Shown one piece after another: positions 14,361 to 25,976 of a stretch of DNA of 64,000 nucleotides. The notes below the pieces were generated by a model, which saw only the letters and a list, made by a program, of their open reading frames with translations, was not told the origin of the DNA and searched no databases. Position 1 is the first letter of the stretch; the number at the start of each line of letters is the position of its first letter. The stretch comes from Chiloscyllium plagiosum (lineage: Eukaryota): the NCBI RefSeq assembly GCF_004010195.1, contig NC_057728.1, forward strand, positions 44,082,569 to 44,146,568, in the 5' to 3' direction. Made by a program: the position numbers and the translations under genes.

Positions 14361-15211
14361 CTTAGGGATATCCTGTCTGGAATTGTAATGAATTGAGGAA
14401 CCATGTGTTGGATCTAGCTGTATCAATTGGAAGCAATTTATTTAGCCTTATAGCCTTTTGCAGATTTGTTTGACAGGTTTGTGCTGATTGTGATAAAAGT
14501 CAGAGCAGTCTTACATCACAAACTATGAAATTCAACTCTGGATCTGGTGTAAAATGGCTGGTTTTGGAGCTAGCAGATTTTCTATTCTATTGGGGTTGAT
14601 TTTACATGTTTTTGTCAGGTGAGAAATTAATGACACTGGGTCGGCCATTCATTTTACACACCGCCTTATTTTTCTTCCCATTAAGAAGTCAAATCAGGTG
14701 ATGTACAAAATCAAGTAAGGTAGTCCATTAAATGGAATGGACCTAGAATGGAGCCAAGATGTGTTAAATGAAGTGAGACAACAGTTACTATGTTAGCCAT
14801 GAGTGGTAATCTGCCAATACGGGCAAGGCCATGACAAGTTCAACCACAAAATCAGTTTTATCTACTTATATTGATACATTTCTCCTTGAAACCCAGAGCT
14901 GGATTTTCTGAGGAATGGCAATCACATTCTGATTGCTGCGCTGTTCCTTTCTCACATTAAGAAAGAGTTCTGCATTTCTGATAGTTGATTTCAATCATAG
15001 TTCCTTCAAAAGCGTGGACTGGACTTTAAATCTGACAGGTTACTTGTTGTCAGGATAGCTAAGGGAATTCAAACCACACCTATTTTTCCACAGCACTCGT
15101 TGCCTATTATTCTGTGATTTAATGTCTGGCATCACAGACAGCCATTTTAGCAGCTCCTGTCAAAGGGTAAGGAAGGGTATGTGTGAGGTTCAGGTGTCAG
15201 GAGAGTAGGGT

Positions 15212-15426
15212 TGATATAGCATGGTGCTGGAAAAAGCACAGCAGGTCAGCCAGCATCTGAAGAGTAGGAGAGTCAACGTTTCGAGTATAACCCTTCTTTG
15301 AAGAAGAGTTATGCCCGAAACATCGACCCGCTTGCTCCCCGGATGCTACCTGATCTGGTGTGCTTTTTCCACTGCCACGTTTCATCAACTCTGATTTTCC
15401 AGTATCTGCAGTCTTCACTTTCTCCT
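15212..15426 (-). mobile_element. Palindromic Penelope-like short element, family A (older copy)
   Basis: Inverted arms; near-perfect TSD AGGAG(A/G)GTAGGGT at 15199-15211 and 15427-15439. Confidence 0.75.
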
Positions 15427-15429
15427 AGG

Positions 15430-16020
15430 AGGGTAGGGTGCCAGGTAGGTAACGGGTAGGGTGCTAGGTGGGGAGGCTGTCACATAAATAGAGTGCCAGG
15501 TAGCTAGAATGTAGAAGGAAGATGTTCTAGTGACGGAGTGTTTAGGGAAGTAAGGGTGGGCAAGGAATATTGGGTCAATAGGGGCTGATGTGTTGGATCT
15601 TTTGTGAGTGGGAAGGGGTTTTGAGTCTTTGCTGCTGCTGTGCCTGGAAGGGTGGTGGATGATGAATCCCTGGGAGATGAAAGGTTGTTAGATCCTGGCG
15701 ATGTCGGGTCAAGTGGGGAGAGAGTAGGTATTCTGTTTCAGAGGGAAAGGAATGTTTTGGGTCAGGAGGTAGTGGTGTTGTTGCATCCTGGGGGAGTCAG
15801 TGTTGTCAGGACTTAGGGAGGTGTAGGGTTATTAGTTCCTGGGGAGATAGGGGTTGTAATGTCCTGGAGGAAAAGGAGGCTGTCAAGCACTGGGGAGAGA
15901 GGGAGACAGGTGTCGGGTCCCGGGAGGAGAAGAGCACATGTCAGTTCATGGGGATAGAGTGGAGTTTCAAGCCTGGTGGCAGGATGGGGGTGTGTCGGCT
16001 CCCCGTGTCAGGTTAGGATC
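15430..16020 (+). repeat. G-rich degenerate tandem/low-complexity tract
   Basis: Repeated gg-rich units such as tcctggggga..ggtgttg. Confidence 0.55.
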
Positions 16021-16079
16021 TAGGCAGTATCAGGTGCTCGAGAAGTGTAATTGGGGTATAGATGGTATGTTTGAGGTTG

Positions 16080-16400
16080 AGAATCATAGACCCCAAACAG
16101 TGTGGAAGCAGGCCATTCAGCCCAATGATTCCATACTGATCCTCCAAAGAGCATCCCACTCAGACCCACCCACTTACCCAATCCTTGTAACCCTGCATTT
16201 CCCATGGCCAACCTTCCTAGCCTGTTCATCCCTGAACACTATGGGCAATTTAACATGACCAATCCATCTATCTTGCATATCTTTGGACTGTGGGAGGAAA
16301 CAGAAGAAACTGATGTAGGCACAGGGAGAATATGCAAACTCCACACTGTTGCCCAGGTGGTATCAACCCAACTCCCTGCTATTGTCAGGCAGCAATGCTG
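16080..16400 (-). mobile_element. HE1-like V-SINE (diverged)
   Basis: Reverse complement of the V core (gcatatctttggactgtgggaggaaac, tgcaaactccacac) and of the tail. Confidence 0.75.
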
Positions 16401-17904
16401 TCCTGAATTTAATTTAATAGTTACCCTGGAGTTGCATTAGTTTTAAAATTTTCAATCTTTTCCTAGCTAACTGTGGATTTAACTGAATCAGAACTCTCCT
16501 AATTCTCTGACTCATTTGGACACTTTCAGAGGGTTCGAGGCTTGGGGAAAGCTTCATTGGTTCCAGGCTCATTGGAATCTTCAATTTCCCTAATTCCCTT
16601 TGGTATCTTCTGCACCATGGATTCCACCATGTTCTGGAGCACAAAGCACATCTATGCTGCCAAAATGTCTATCCAGTCATCAGAAAACCTGGGCGTAAAA
16701 TTGAGCTATGATCACTGTATCTTTACTTGTGTAATCCAGCCTAGCGACAACAATGGAAAGGAAATATTTACACTTCTCCTGACATTGAAGTTTTCACAGG
16801 TAATCTTGATTTCACTGGGAGATTGCATAGTTCGTTTAGGTTCTACAATAACCATCAACAAAAGCAGATAAGACCTGATTTTTGGGATGTGTTCTGAGTC
16901 CATGAAATGACAAATTGCCAACCAATTGCAGGAGGGGAAGAATATTCCAGTAGAAATATGTTTCTCTCACCTTCATGTAATTTTTAAAAAAATAAACTGA
17001 TCCAGAAATTACTGTGGATGTAATGGAAAATAATTGAATGGGAAGAATTTGCTTGATGAAAGCTGAATTATCATTTATGTACACAAAAGCTCCATGACCG
17101 AGCCAAAATATTTCCAGAAGACTGACATATTATTGGCAGAGTGATAATTAATTCATATATACTTGTAAAATACATTTTGTAAAGAAATGTGGAAATACAA
17201 ACTTGAGGCACAAATGGGCCTGGAGCCAAGTGGCACAGAATTTGATAGGGACTGCGCTCACCTTGTGAGCCTTAAGGAAAATGTTAATAATTAACAGTGG
17301 GATGGCCAATGTCTCATTGGTGCAGTGCTTATCTCATATCTAAATTTTTGAATTTTTTATTGGCTAACATGAGTGGATTTTTAAAACAAGCACAAGGCTA
17401 TTTAAATGTGCAAATTTGTAATCTAACACCTGTTCCACATCCCCACTGGGAAAACAAAATATCAGTAAATGTTAGGGCAGTCGTGGGACCTATCTCACCA
17501 AGGATCCTACTGAAACTCTTTGGTTGTCAAGTCCAAGTAATTATTGCATTTTCTTTTGTAACAAAATCATGTCATAGAGCCAGGAAGAGCAAGAGTGCTC
17601 TCATCACCCCACAGAACTCATGATTAATCCAAAGGAAAGAATCACAACATGGAAATGAATTGTGCTGGTCACACTAGTAATCCATTTTGCAGTATACACA
17701 TTGAGTTGGACCAGTATATGCTCCTCACAGGTTTTACTGGTTTTGCCTTTGGAGAAATCTTCCTTTCTTGTTGCTGGATAGGAGTGGACCCTAATCATTA
17801 CACATATTGGAAAATTAATTTTCACATCAACATCTCATGTTTCAACATACATATTCTGTGACACACTGCTTATTTACACATCAGCTTTAGTCCAACTCTA
17901 CAAT

Positions 17905-18135
17905 TTTTTCACTGGGTCAGAAGATCATATGTTTAAGTCTCAGTTAAGAATCTAGAGCACATAATCTGAGCTGACACTTCCCTGCAGTACGAAGGGAGAA
18001 TGAGATGTCCTCTAAATAAGAAGTGACATGTGAACATAACCAATCATGTGTCATTATGTGTTAAAGAGTGAGTCTTCTCACATAGTTCTGGCTGGCAGTC
18101 ATCTTTCAATCAACAAAAACAGATTACCGACTCAT
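17905..18135 (+). mobile_element. DeuSINE-like SINE fragment
   Basis: gagcacataatctgagctgacacttccctgcagtac..ggga, a Deu-domain-like string. Confidence 0.5.
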
Positions 18136-18169
18136 GTATCTTATTATTATTTTTTGGGTCTTTGCTGTG

Positions 18170-21010
18170 CTTTGAAACATTCATTCATGGGATGTGTGTC
18201 ACAGGTAAGCCAGCCTTCATTGCCCATCCCTAGATGCCCCTGGGAAGGTGGTGGTAAGCTGATTTTTTTAAACCGTTGCAGTCCATGTGCTCCTGGTAGA
18301 CAGACAATGTCATGAAGGAGGGAGTTTCACGCTTTTGACATTCAGGATGATGATTGGCTTGGGAGGAATGTGCAAATCGTGGTGTGTTAAGGTCTCTGCC
18401 ATCCTTGATGGGTTTGGAAAAAGATATCTAAAGAACCTTAGCGGATTTCTGCAGTATATGTTACACTGTGGCTACTGTGTGTTGGTGGCCATGGGCATGA
18501 ATGTTTATGGATGTGATGCCAATCAAGTGAACCACTTTATCCTGGATGATGTCAAGTTTCCAACAACTAAGGACACAATCTTGATTTGTGCCGTGTAGAT
18601 GGTGGACAGGCTATGATTAGTCAGGAGGTGAGTTACTCTTCACAGGACTCCTTGCTTCTGATCTGTTCTTGTAGTTGCAATATTTATATGACTAGTTCAG
18701 TTCAGTTTCCGATTAATGGTAACCCCAGAATGTAATAGTGGAGGATTCAATAATACTATTGAATGTGAAGTGGCAGTGGTTAGATTCACTCTTATTGGAA
18801 ATGGTCTTAACTTAGCACTTAGGCAGTGTAAATGTTACTTGCCACTTATCAGGTGAAACCAAATTTGTTGCATATGAACGTGGAATGTTTCAGTGTCTGA
18901 GTAATCATGAATAGTGCTGAAATTGTGTAATCATCAGCAAATATCCCCATTTCTGTTTTAATAAAGGAAGGAAGATCATTGATGAAGCAATTGAAGATGG
19001 TTAGGCTGAGAACATTAGCATGAGGGACATCTGCAGAGTTGCCCTGGAGTAGAGATGATTGACTTCTAACAATCACAAGCATCTTCCTTTGTGCCAGTTA
19101 TGACTCTAAAGAGCAGAGAATTTTCATCCTGATTGTCAGTGATTCTGATTTTGTCAGAACTTCTCCACGCCACACTTGGTCAATGCCGCCTTAATATCAA
19201 GGACAGTCATTTTCACATCATCTCTGAAATTTTGCTCTTTCATCCATGATTGAACTGCAATGATGCCAGTAGATGAATGGATCTGGTAGTACTGAAACTG
19301 AGCATTAGTGAGCAGGTTTTTGTTAAGCAAGTACTACTTGATAACACTGTTGATTACGTCTTCAGTTTACTTTATTGGTGATTGAGACTAGACTGACTGG
19401 GAGATAATTGATTAGGTTTGATTTGTCCTTACCTGGACGATTTTCCACATTGGCAGGTGATGCCAGTGTTGTAACTATACTGGAACAACTTGGCTAAGGG
19501 AGTGGTAAGTTCTGGAGAACAAGCCTTCAGCATTATGGCCGGAATGTTGTCAGGACCCATAGCCTTTGAAGTATTCAATGTATTCAGCTGCTTCTTGATA
19601 TCACACGGAGATAGTTGAATTGACTGAAGACCGGGATCTGTGATTCTGAGGATTTCTGGAAGTGGCTGAGAGGGAGCATCCACTCAGCACTTCTGACTAA
19701 AGGGTATTGTAAATATTCCAGCCTTATCTTTTGCACTGATCTGCTGGGCTTCCCCATCATTGAGGATGGGGCTATTTGTGGAATTTCCTTTTCTAATAAG
19801 TTGTTTAATGTCCAACACCACTGAAGACTTGATGTGGCAAGACGACAGAATTTAGATCTGACCTGTTGGTTGTGAACTCGTGCAGCTCTGTCTATTATTT
19901 GCTGCGTATGCTATTTCGCATGTGAGTAGTCCTATTTTGTAGCTCCACAGAGTTGGCACCTCATTTTTAGTTATGCTTTGTACTGCACCTGGCATGATTT
20001 CTTGCACTCTCCATTGAAGCAGTGTTAATTCTCTGGCCTGTTGGTAATGGGAGATGTGCTAGGCCAAGAGATTGCAGGTCGCATTCAAGTATAATTCTTT
20101 TGCTGATTGCCTAAAGTGCCTCATGGATGCCCAGTGTTCAGATGCCAGATCTGTTCAAAGTCTGTCCCATTTAGCACAGTGATGGTGTCACGCAACATGA
20201 TGTAAGATATTCTCAACATGATGTAAGCACTTCATCTTCTCAAGGAATATGTACTGGTCACTCTTATCAATACCGTCATGGACAAATGCATCTGCAGGAG
20301 GCAGACTGATGAAGCTGAGGTCAAGTGTGTTGATTCATGACCACGTGATGCAGATCCAGTCTAGCAGCAATGTCCTTTTGAACATGACAAGCTCAGTCAG
20401 TAGTGCCAAACCACTTGTGGTAATTGGCAGTGAAAACCACCATCCAGAGAACATTTTGGGCACTTGCTACTTTCAGTACGTGGTAATCAGCATGTAGTTT
20501 CCTTGCCATTGTTTAATCTGATGCCACAGATTTCCTGGGATTTGAAGTTTGAGGACTCCCAGGATAACGCCCTCCCAACCAAATACCATTGCACTACCAC
20601 TTCTACTGGGATTGTCCCACCAGGGGGACAGAGAGATTTGGAGATGGTGATAGTGCTGTCAGAGACATTGTGTGTAAGGTATAATTGTGTAAGTATGACT
20701 ATATCTGGCTGTTGCTTGACTAGCCTATATACCCTTCAAATTTTGGCACTGGTATTCAGATTTTGGTAGCTTGGATTTTGCAGGGTTGTCAAGGCTGAGT
20801 TTGCCATTGTCGTTTCCAGTGCTTTAGTCGATGCCAGGTCAAATGTTTGGCTTCATTCCTTTTTTGAGACCTTTAAGCGGTTGAAACAAATGAAAGGCTT
20901 TCTAGACACTTCCATGGTCAATTAAGAATCAGCCACATTTTTGTGGTCCTGGAGTCACATACAGGTCTGACCAGGTAAGAGTGGCAGTTTTCATTCCCTA
21001 AAGAACATTA
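18170..21010 (-). mobile_element. Long decayed CR1-clade LINE (tail type shared with DeuSINEs)
   Basis: RT remnants IFNCFINDLPS..IFADDYTI (18849-19082) and KAMGPDNIPAIMLKACSPEL..PLAKLFQYSYNTGI (19429-19683); 3' tail at ~18170-18260. Confidence 0.85.
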
Positions 21011-22337
21011 ATGAAATTAAAAATATGAAATGGCTGCTAGAATTTCTCAACATTAGAAAAGAGATTACACTTAAAAATAACTTAATTGATAGTCATTTAT
21101 TGGAGCATTTGTTAAGTCGTAAGTCTGCTGTGCCCTATATCCCCTTTCTAAATGCAATAAATATGCCTTACTTGTAAAGATGTGAGATATTTATATTTCA
21201 CACCATGAAAGCTTTTGGAACTGCTTTGAGGCTTTTAAAATTATTATTTCAAAGTGCCTTTTCGTATCTAAGTTTATATTATTATCATTTCCTCCTCAGT
21301 TCTTGATGCTAAATGTAAGACCTGAATAAAACTAGCTTTTTAAGTGAGGGAAACAAACTAATTTCAAATGTCCTTACCCATGGATATATATCTCTAGTTC
21401 ATCTATGGTAATTACTGCCTTAGAAAATAGTGTACAATGGTGAAGTACTTTCCAGTTTGGGAGAAGGAAAGTAATCAGAGCACCAGTCACATTATACTCT
21501 AAAAACCTAGTTGCAATATTAATTGGACGACAAATATAGCTAGTTTGAAAGATGGAAGCAGTTGGCTGTCCCGTCCTCTCAGGAATGATTCACACTGCAA
21601 TTAGTCCACTCCTAAAATGGCAAGGATGAAAATTAGGTTTCTTAACTGGGGAAAATATACATTGAAATATTGAAAATTAGATGTTTCAAGACATTAGCCT
21701 ATTTTTCAATGCTGGTTGCAAAGTGTTTTAATATGTCGAAGAAAATGCCACTGTAATATATAGCTGCCAACTTATAATTGTGCACAATATTTTCAGGCTG
21801 TCATCACACATTGCTACAGCACTACATCTTATTATAAATCTTGATTAGACATGTCTATGATGTAAATAAAGCACGAACAGAATTTTGAGGAACCAATAGG
21901 TAAATGATACTGTATTGTTTGCACCAGCATTGAGTAGCCTAAGAATGAATCATTAACAACTGCAAGCACTCAAAACCTCCTATTTGCCTCTAACCTACCT
22001 GTGCCCTCTCTATGTTTCACCATCATCCCCACAACTTGATCCTTAAAGTCACACCTTTAGTCCACTGAGTGGCCAGAATTGCAGTGTTCAAAGTTCAACA
22101 CCAGCAACCAAAATGAGACTCCTCTTGCTCTCTAGAAGGCTGCCAACATGAAAATCTACCCAAACTCTGGCCATTTATCTGACTGCTGATTGAAGGACCT
22201 TGTTGTGAACTGCATGTCAACTAATACAAGTTATCTATTATTTCACACATTGAAAGGAAATAATTTATATGACGCACATTGTGAATTCTCCTACTATTTC
22301 CTTTCCATTGTCCACAAAACTTTCTTGTGTGATTTAA

Positions 22338-22590
22338 GTCAGGCAACTGACTGTGTGGAGTTTGCACATTCTCCCTGTGTCTGCGTGGGTTTCCTCTGGG
22401 TGCTCCAGTTTCCTCCCACAGTCCAAAAATGTGCAGGTTAGGCGAATTGGCCACGCTAAATTGGCCGTAGTGTTAGGTAAAGGGGTAAATGTAGGGGAAT
22501 GGGTCTGGGTGGGTTGTGCTTCGGCGGGTCGGTGTGGACTTGTTGGGCCGAAGGGCCTGTTTCCACACTGTACATAATCTAATCTAATCT
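22338..22590 (+). mobile_element. 5'-truncated HE1 V-SINE
   Basis: tgtggagtttgcacattctccc V core, HER1-like tail, (aatct)n end. Confidence 0.9.
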
Positions 22591-22679
22591 GAAAAAAAGT
22601 AGCAAATCATATTTATATTAATCTGGCAACATTTAAAAAGTATTGCTAATCTATCAATGCTACTCAAACATGGCTAAAT

Positions 22680-23370
22680 ATTTTCATTACACCCCTCCAG
22701 GGCAGGTGGGACTTGAGCCTGAGCCTCCAACTCAAAGGTAGAGACATTATCACTGCACCTTTAAATTACTGAAATGTAGCTCAATCAGCTTGGTCAGAGA
22801 TGGTACAATGTACCTGAGAGCAGATGGGACTTGGCAAGGACTTCCTAGCTTTGGTGTAGGGCACTACCTTTGCACTGCAAGAAACTCTCAAATGTAACAA
22901 TTGTACTCTATAACTCAATTATAAAGCCCATAGACATTTCTAATCAACCTGTTCAGAGACATTGTTACATGCTTCAGGGGTAGGTAGGACTTGAACCAGG
23001 GAACTATTAGCTCAGCACTGGGCATTACCATTGCACACCTTCAGTCCCTCAGATGTAGCTATATATTTTCTAATAAACCCATTCGGAGATACTTTTACAC
23101 CCCCCCCCCCCGGAAATAGGTGGAAGTTGAACCTTGGATTCCTAGGTCATTGTGAGGGTCACTACCGCTACATTACAAAAGCTCTCAATAGTCTAGCAGT
23201 CCATCACCTTAACCACTCCAGCACTTTGTCATGTTCAAATGCAGTTAGATATTTTCTAATCAACCTGATCAGAGATGTTATTACAGGCTGCTGGAGCAGA
23301 TGGACCTGGACCTGGACCTGGGTCTCCTGACTCAGAAGTCGGGGCATTACCACTGCTCCACAGGAATCCT
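22680..23370 (-). repeat. Degenerate tandem array (~5 units of ~120-150 bp) of a tRNA-derived element
   Basis: Recurring unit ctaatcaacctg..cagaga...gcaggtgggacttgaac...attaccactgc, whose reverse complement carries A-box and B-box-like motifs. Confidence 0.7.
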
Positions 23371-23606
23371 TTCAAATGTAGTTAAAATTAACAGAGAAAA
23401 ATGGATTGCCTGTGGTCTAAGCTTCCAATTTAAATCTCTTTACAATCCACCAGTTCATTATTTTGTTCAATGAGCCATACTTTGATTTCAGTTTAATTTA
23501 CCTTGTTTTAAGCCATCACTTTTACATTCTTTGCTCCAATTTCCTTCTTTTAGTTTTTGCAATAGTTTTTGAAATTTTCTGGGTCTCATATTTTAATGCC
23601 TTTTTA

Positions 23607-23824
23607 GAGGAGAAAGTGAGGTCTGCAGATGCTGGAGATCAGAGCTGAAAATGTGTTGCTGGAACAGCGCAGCAGGTCAGGCAGCATCCAGGGAACAGGA
23701 GAATCAACGTTTCGGGCATAAGCCCTTCTTCAGGAACCTGAAGAAGGGCTAATGCCCGAAACGTCGATTCTCCTGTTCCCTGGATGCTGCCTGACCTGCT
23801 GCGCTGTTCCAGCAACACATTTTC
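23607..23824 (+). mobile_element. Palindromic Penelope-like short element, family A (young copy)
   Basis: Near-perfect inverted arms ~23647-23734 and 23737-23824; 12-bp TSD AATGCCTTTTTA at 23595-23606 and 23825-23836. Confidence 0.85.
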
Positions 23825-24534
23825 AATGCCTTTTTATTGTATATTTAATGTAGCAAAATCCCAACTTTCATTTAAAAATTGGGCACTGAGCTAAAGAAGG
23901 AGACAATAAAATAGGTACAAAAAGTAATGTCTTTAATAAGGAAAGAGCAATGAAGAGGCAAAGAGAATTGTTGGGGAAAATCTAGAGCTCAAGGTCTGTG
24001 CAACTGTAGGTATGCCACCTGTTGTGCTGTGAAGGAGGGGCAAATGGGCAAAGGTTTGGAGGAACATTGGGCTCTTAGAGCATTGCAGGTAAGTTATATG
24101 TGGGGACAGGATTAACTTTGGTTTTCAGCACATGTCCTAGTGTTGGTTCAGTGCCATTTCTAATATGACCATTGAGATATTATGTTACATTAAACCTGCT
24201 TTAAACATTAAAATGTGAATACAAGAAATTTTCAGAAACAAACATAATTTAAAAATGAGAGCAAAGAGCATAAAAGTAATAGCTTAAAATAAGGGAAATT
24301 AAAATGGTAATATTAATGAAAAAAGTATAGACTGATTTAACACAATAATGAAGCAATAGATTTAAATTGGAAGCTATGGTTACAGGTAATTTATTTTTCT
24401 CTGTTAATTTTAACTACTTGTGAAGGAACTCCTGTAAAATCCCTATCTCTGTGCGAGGAGTCCACCTGTTCCAGAAGGGTGTCATAACATCTCTGATCTG
24501 GTTGATTGGGAAATATGTATTTATTTTTGAATTT

Positions 24535-24580
24535 GACGAGGAGGCCCAGCAGTTAAGGTGATGGAATACTAATCCATTGA
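24535..24580 (+). pseudogene. 5' half of a tRNA-Ser(GCT)-like pseudogene (inverted counterpart at ~23186-23230, minus strand)
   Basis: gacgaggaggcccagcagttaaggtgatggaatactaatccattg compared with vertebrate tRNA-Ser(GCT) GACGAGGTGGCCGAGTGGTTAAGGCGATGGACTGCTAATCCATTG. Confidence 0.7.
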
Positions 24581-25405
24581 GTGCTCCTGTGGTGCAGTGT
24601 TAGTGTCTCTACCTCTGAGCCAAGTGGCCTGGGTCTAAGTCCCAACTGCTCCAGAGGTATATCATATTATCTCTGAATAGGTTGACTAGAAAATATCTAA
24701 CTACCTTTGAGTAGCATTGATTGAGGCTTCGGTGGATGAGGAGAAAACATGGATCAGTGAGCATAGGCTTGATAACAAAATTTGGAGATTTCATGATAAT
24801 GGAGAGAGAAAAATAGAAGGCTAGTGATGAAAGGATTGGAATAATTGAGTTTGAAGGTAACACAAACACAGATCTTAGTATCAGCTCCTCTGTTATTCAT
24901 GAAACTTCCCCAAACATATCTATGCTTGATCATAATGGTACACTAATCGATTCCCATTCATTTTAACCCACAAGGTATGAAAAAAATAAACAATAACTCG
25001 GATGCATGTACGTGTTCATGATTTCTACATATGAATAGTCTTAAGTATATTGTCAAGAAAAACAGCATTGACCAGGGCTCAGATGTAGAGCATTTCCTTA
25101 TCTTTAAGAAGAGAAATATGTTGTAATTCAAAAGCAGTTAAAAATCTTGGAGTAATAAGGATTAAGTAGATTTGCATGAGTTCTCAATTTCATCCAAATG
25201 AAAGGGAAAGCTTAATGCTATGGAGCCTTAACTAAATTATCACATTCTCATACCGGTGAGTTAGAGACCAAAAGGTGTATTAGGTGATCACTATAAAGCA
25301 GCATGGAATGTGATTAGGTGGTTGTTATCAAATTTCTATCATCTGCATTAACAAAAAACCTGTCTTGTATAAAGTCATTAATTTTATTTTTATGTTTTCT
25401 TCCAG

Positions 25406-25976
25406 CCGAGCCATTAAAGCCAACCAGGATCTACTTCCAGAAACACCTTGGGCGAATATCTTTTACAATGACTTTTGGGGAACCCTCCTTACACACAGTG
25501 GGAGCCACAAGTCCTACCGCCCACTTTGTACACTTTCCTTCCGTTTTAACTGTGCCTTTGGTGGTATGGATCCCTGGGGATATCATTTTGTCAATGTGCT
25601 TTTGCACAGTGCAGTCACTGGTCTCTTTACAAACTTCTCGCGGGTGTTATTTGGCGATGGCTATTGGACTTTTATTGCAGGACTACTGTTTGCTGCACAC
25701 CCTATTCACACTGAAGCAGTGGCAGGAATTGTAGGCCGAGCAGATGTTGGAGCTGGGCTCTTTTTCCTCCTGTCCTTAATGTGTTACATTCGGCACTGTG
25801 GGTGCAAGGGACATTCTCTGAGGAGCTGGGCCTGGTTATTTGGAAGCTTCATGTGTGCTGCCTGCAGTATGCTCTGGAAGGAGCAAGGAGTAACTGTCCT
25901 GGCTATTTCCGCTGTCTATGATGTATTTATAGATCGCAGGCTCAAATTTTACCAACTCATCTCATTGATTCACAAG
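25406..25976 (+). CDS. TMTC2: Internal coding exon (exon 2 equivalent) of TMTC2, a transmembrane O-mannosyltransferase targeting cadherins; N-terminal membrane region
   Basis: Translation RAIKANQDLLPETPWANIFYNDFWGTLLTHSGSHKSYRPLCTLSFRFN...HPIHTEAVAGIVGRADVG...LWKEQGVTVLAISAVYDVF...IHK matches vertebrate TMTC2 as I recall it. Pyrimidine-rich acceptor ttttcttccAG ends at 25405; donor AAG|GTAAGC starts at 25977. Length 571 nt, phase 2 to phase 0. Confidence 0.95.

Noticed and set aside
14895..16695. DNA transposon/MITE bounded by gctggattttctga ... tcagaaaacctgggc
   Set aside because: The terminal match is short and imperfect, with no TSD; insufficient support.
22680..23370. CRISPR-like array
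   Set aside because: Eukaryotic context, long degenerate tRNA-derived units, no identical repeats with unique spacers, and no cas genes.
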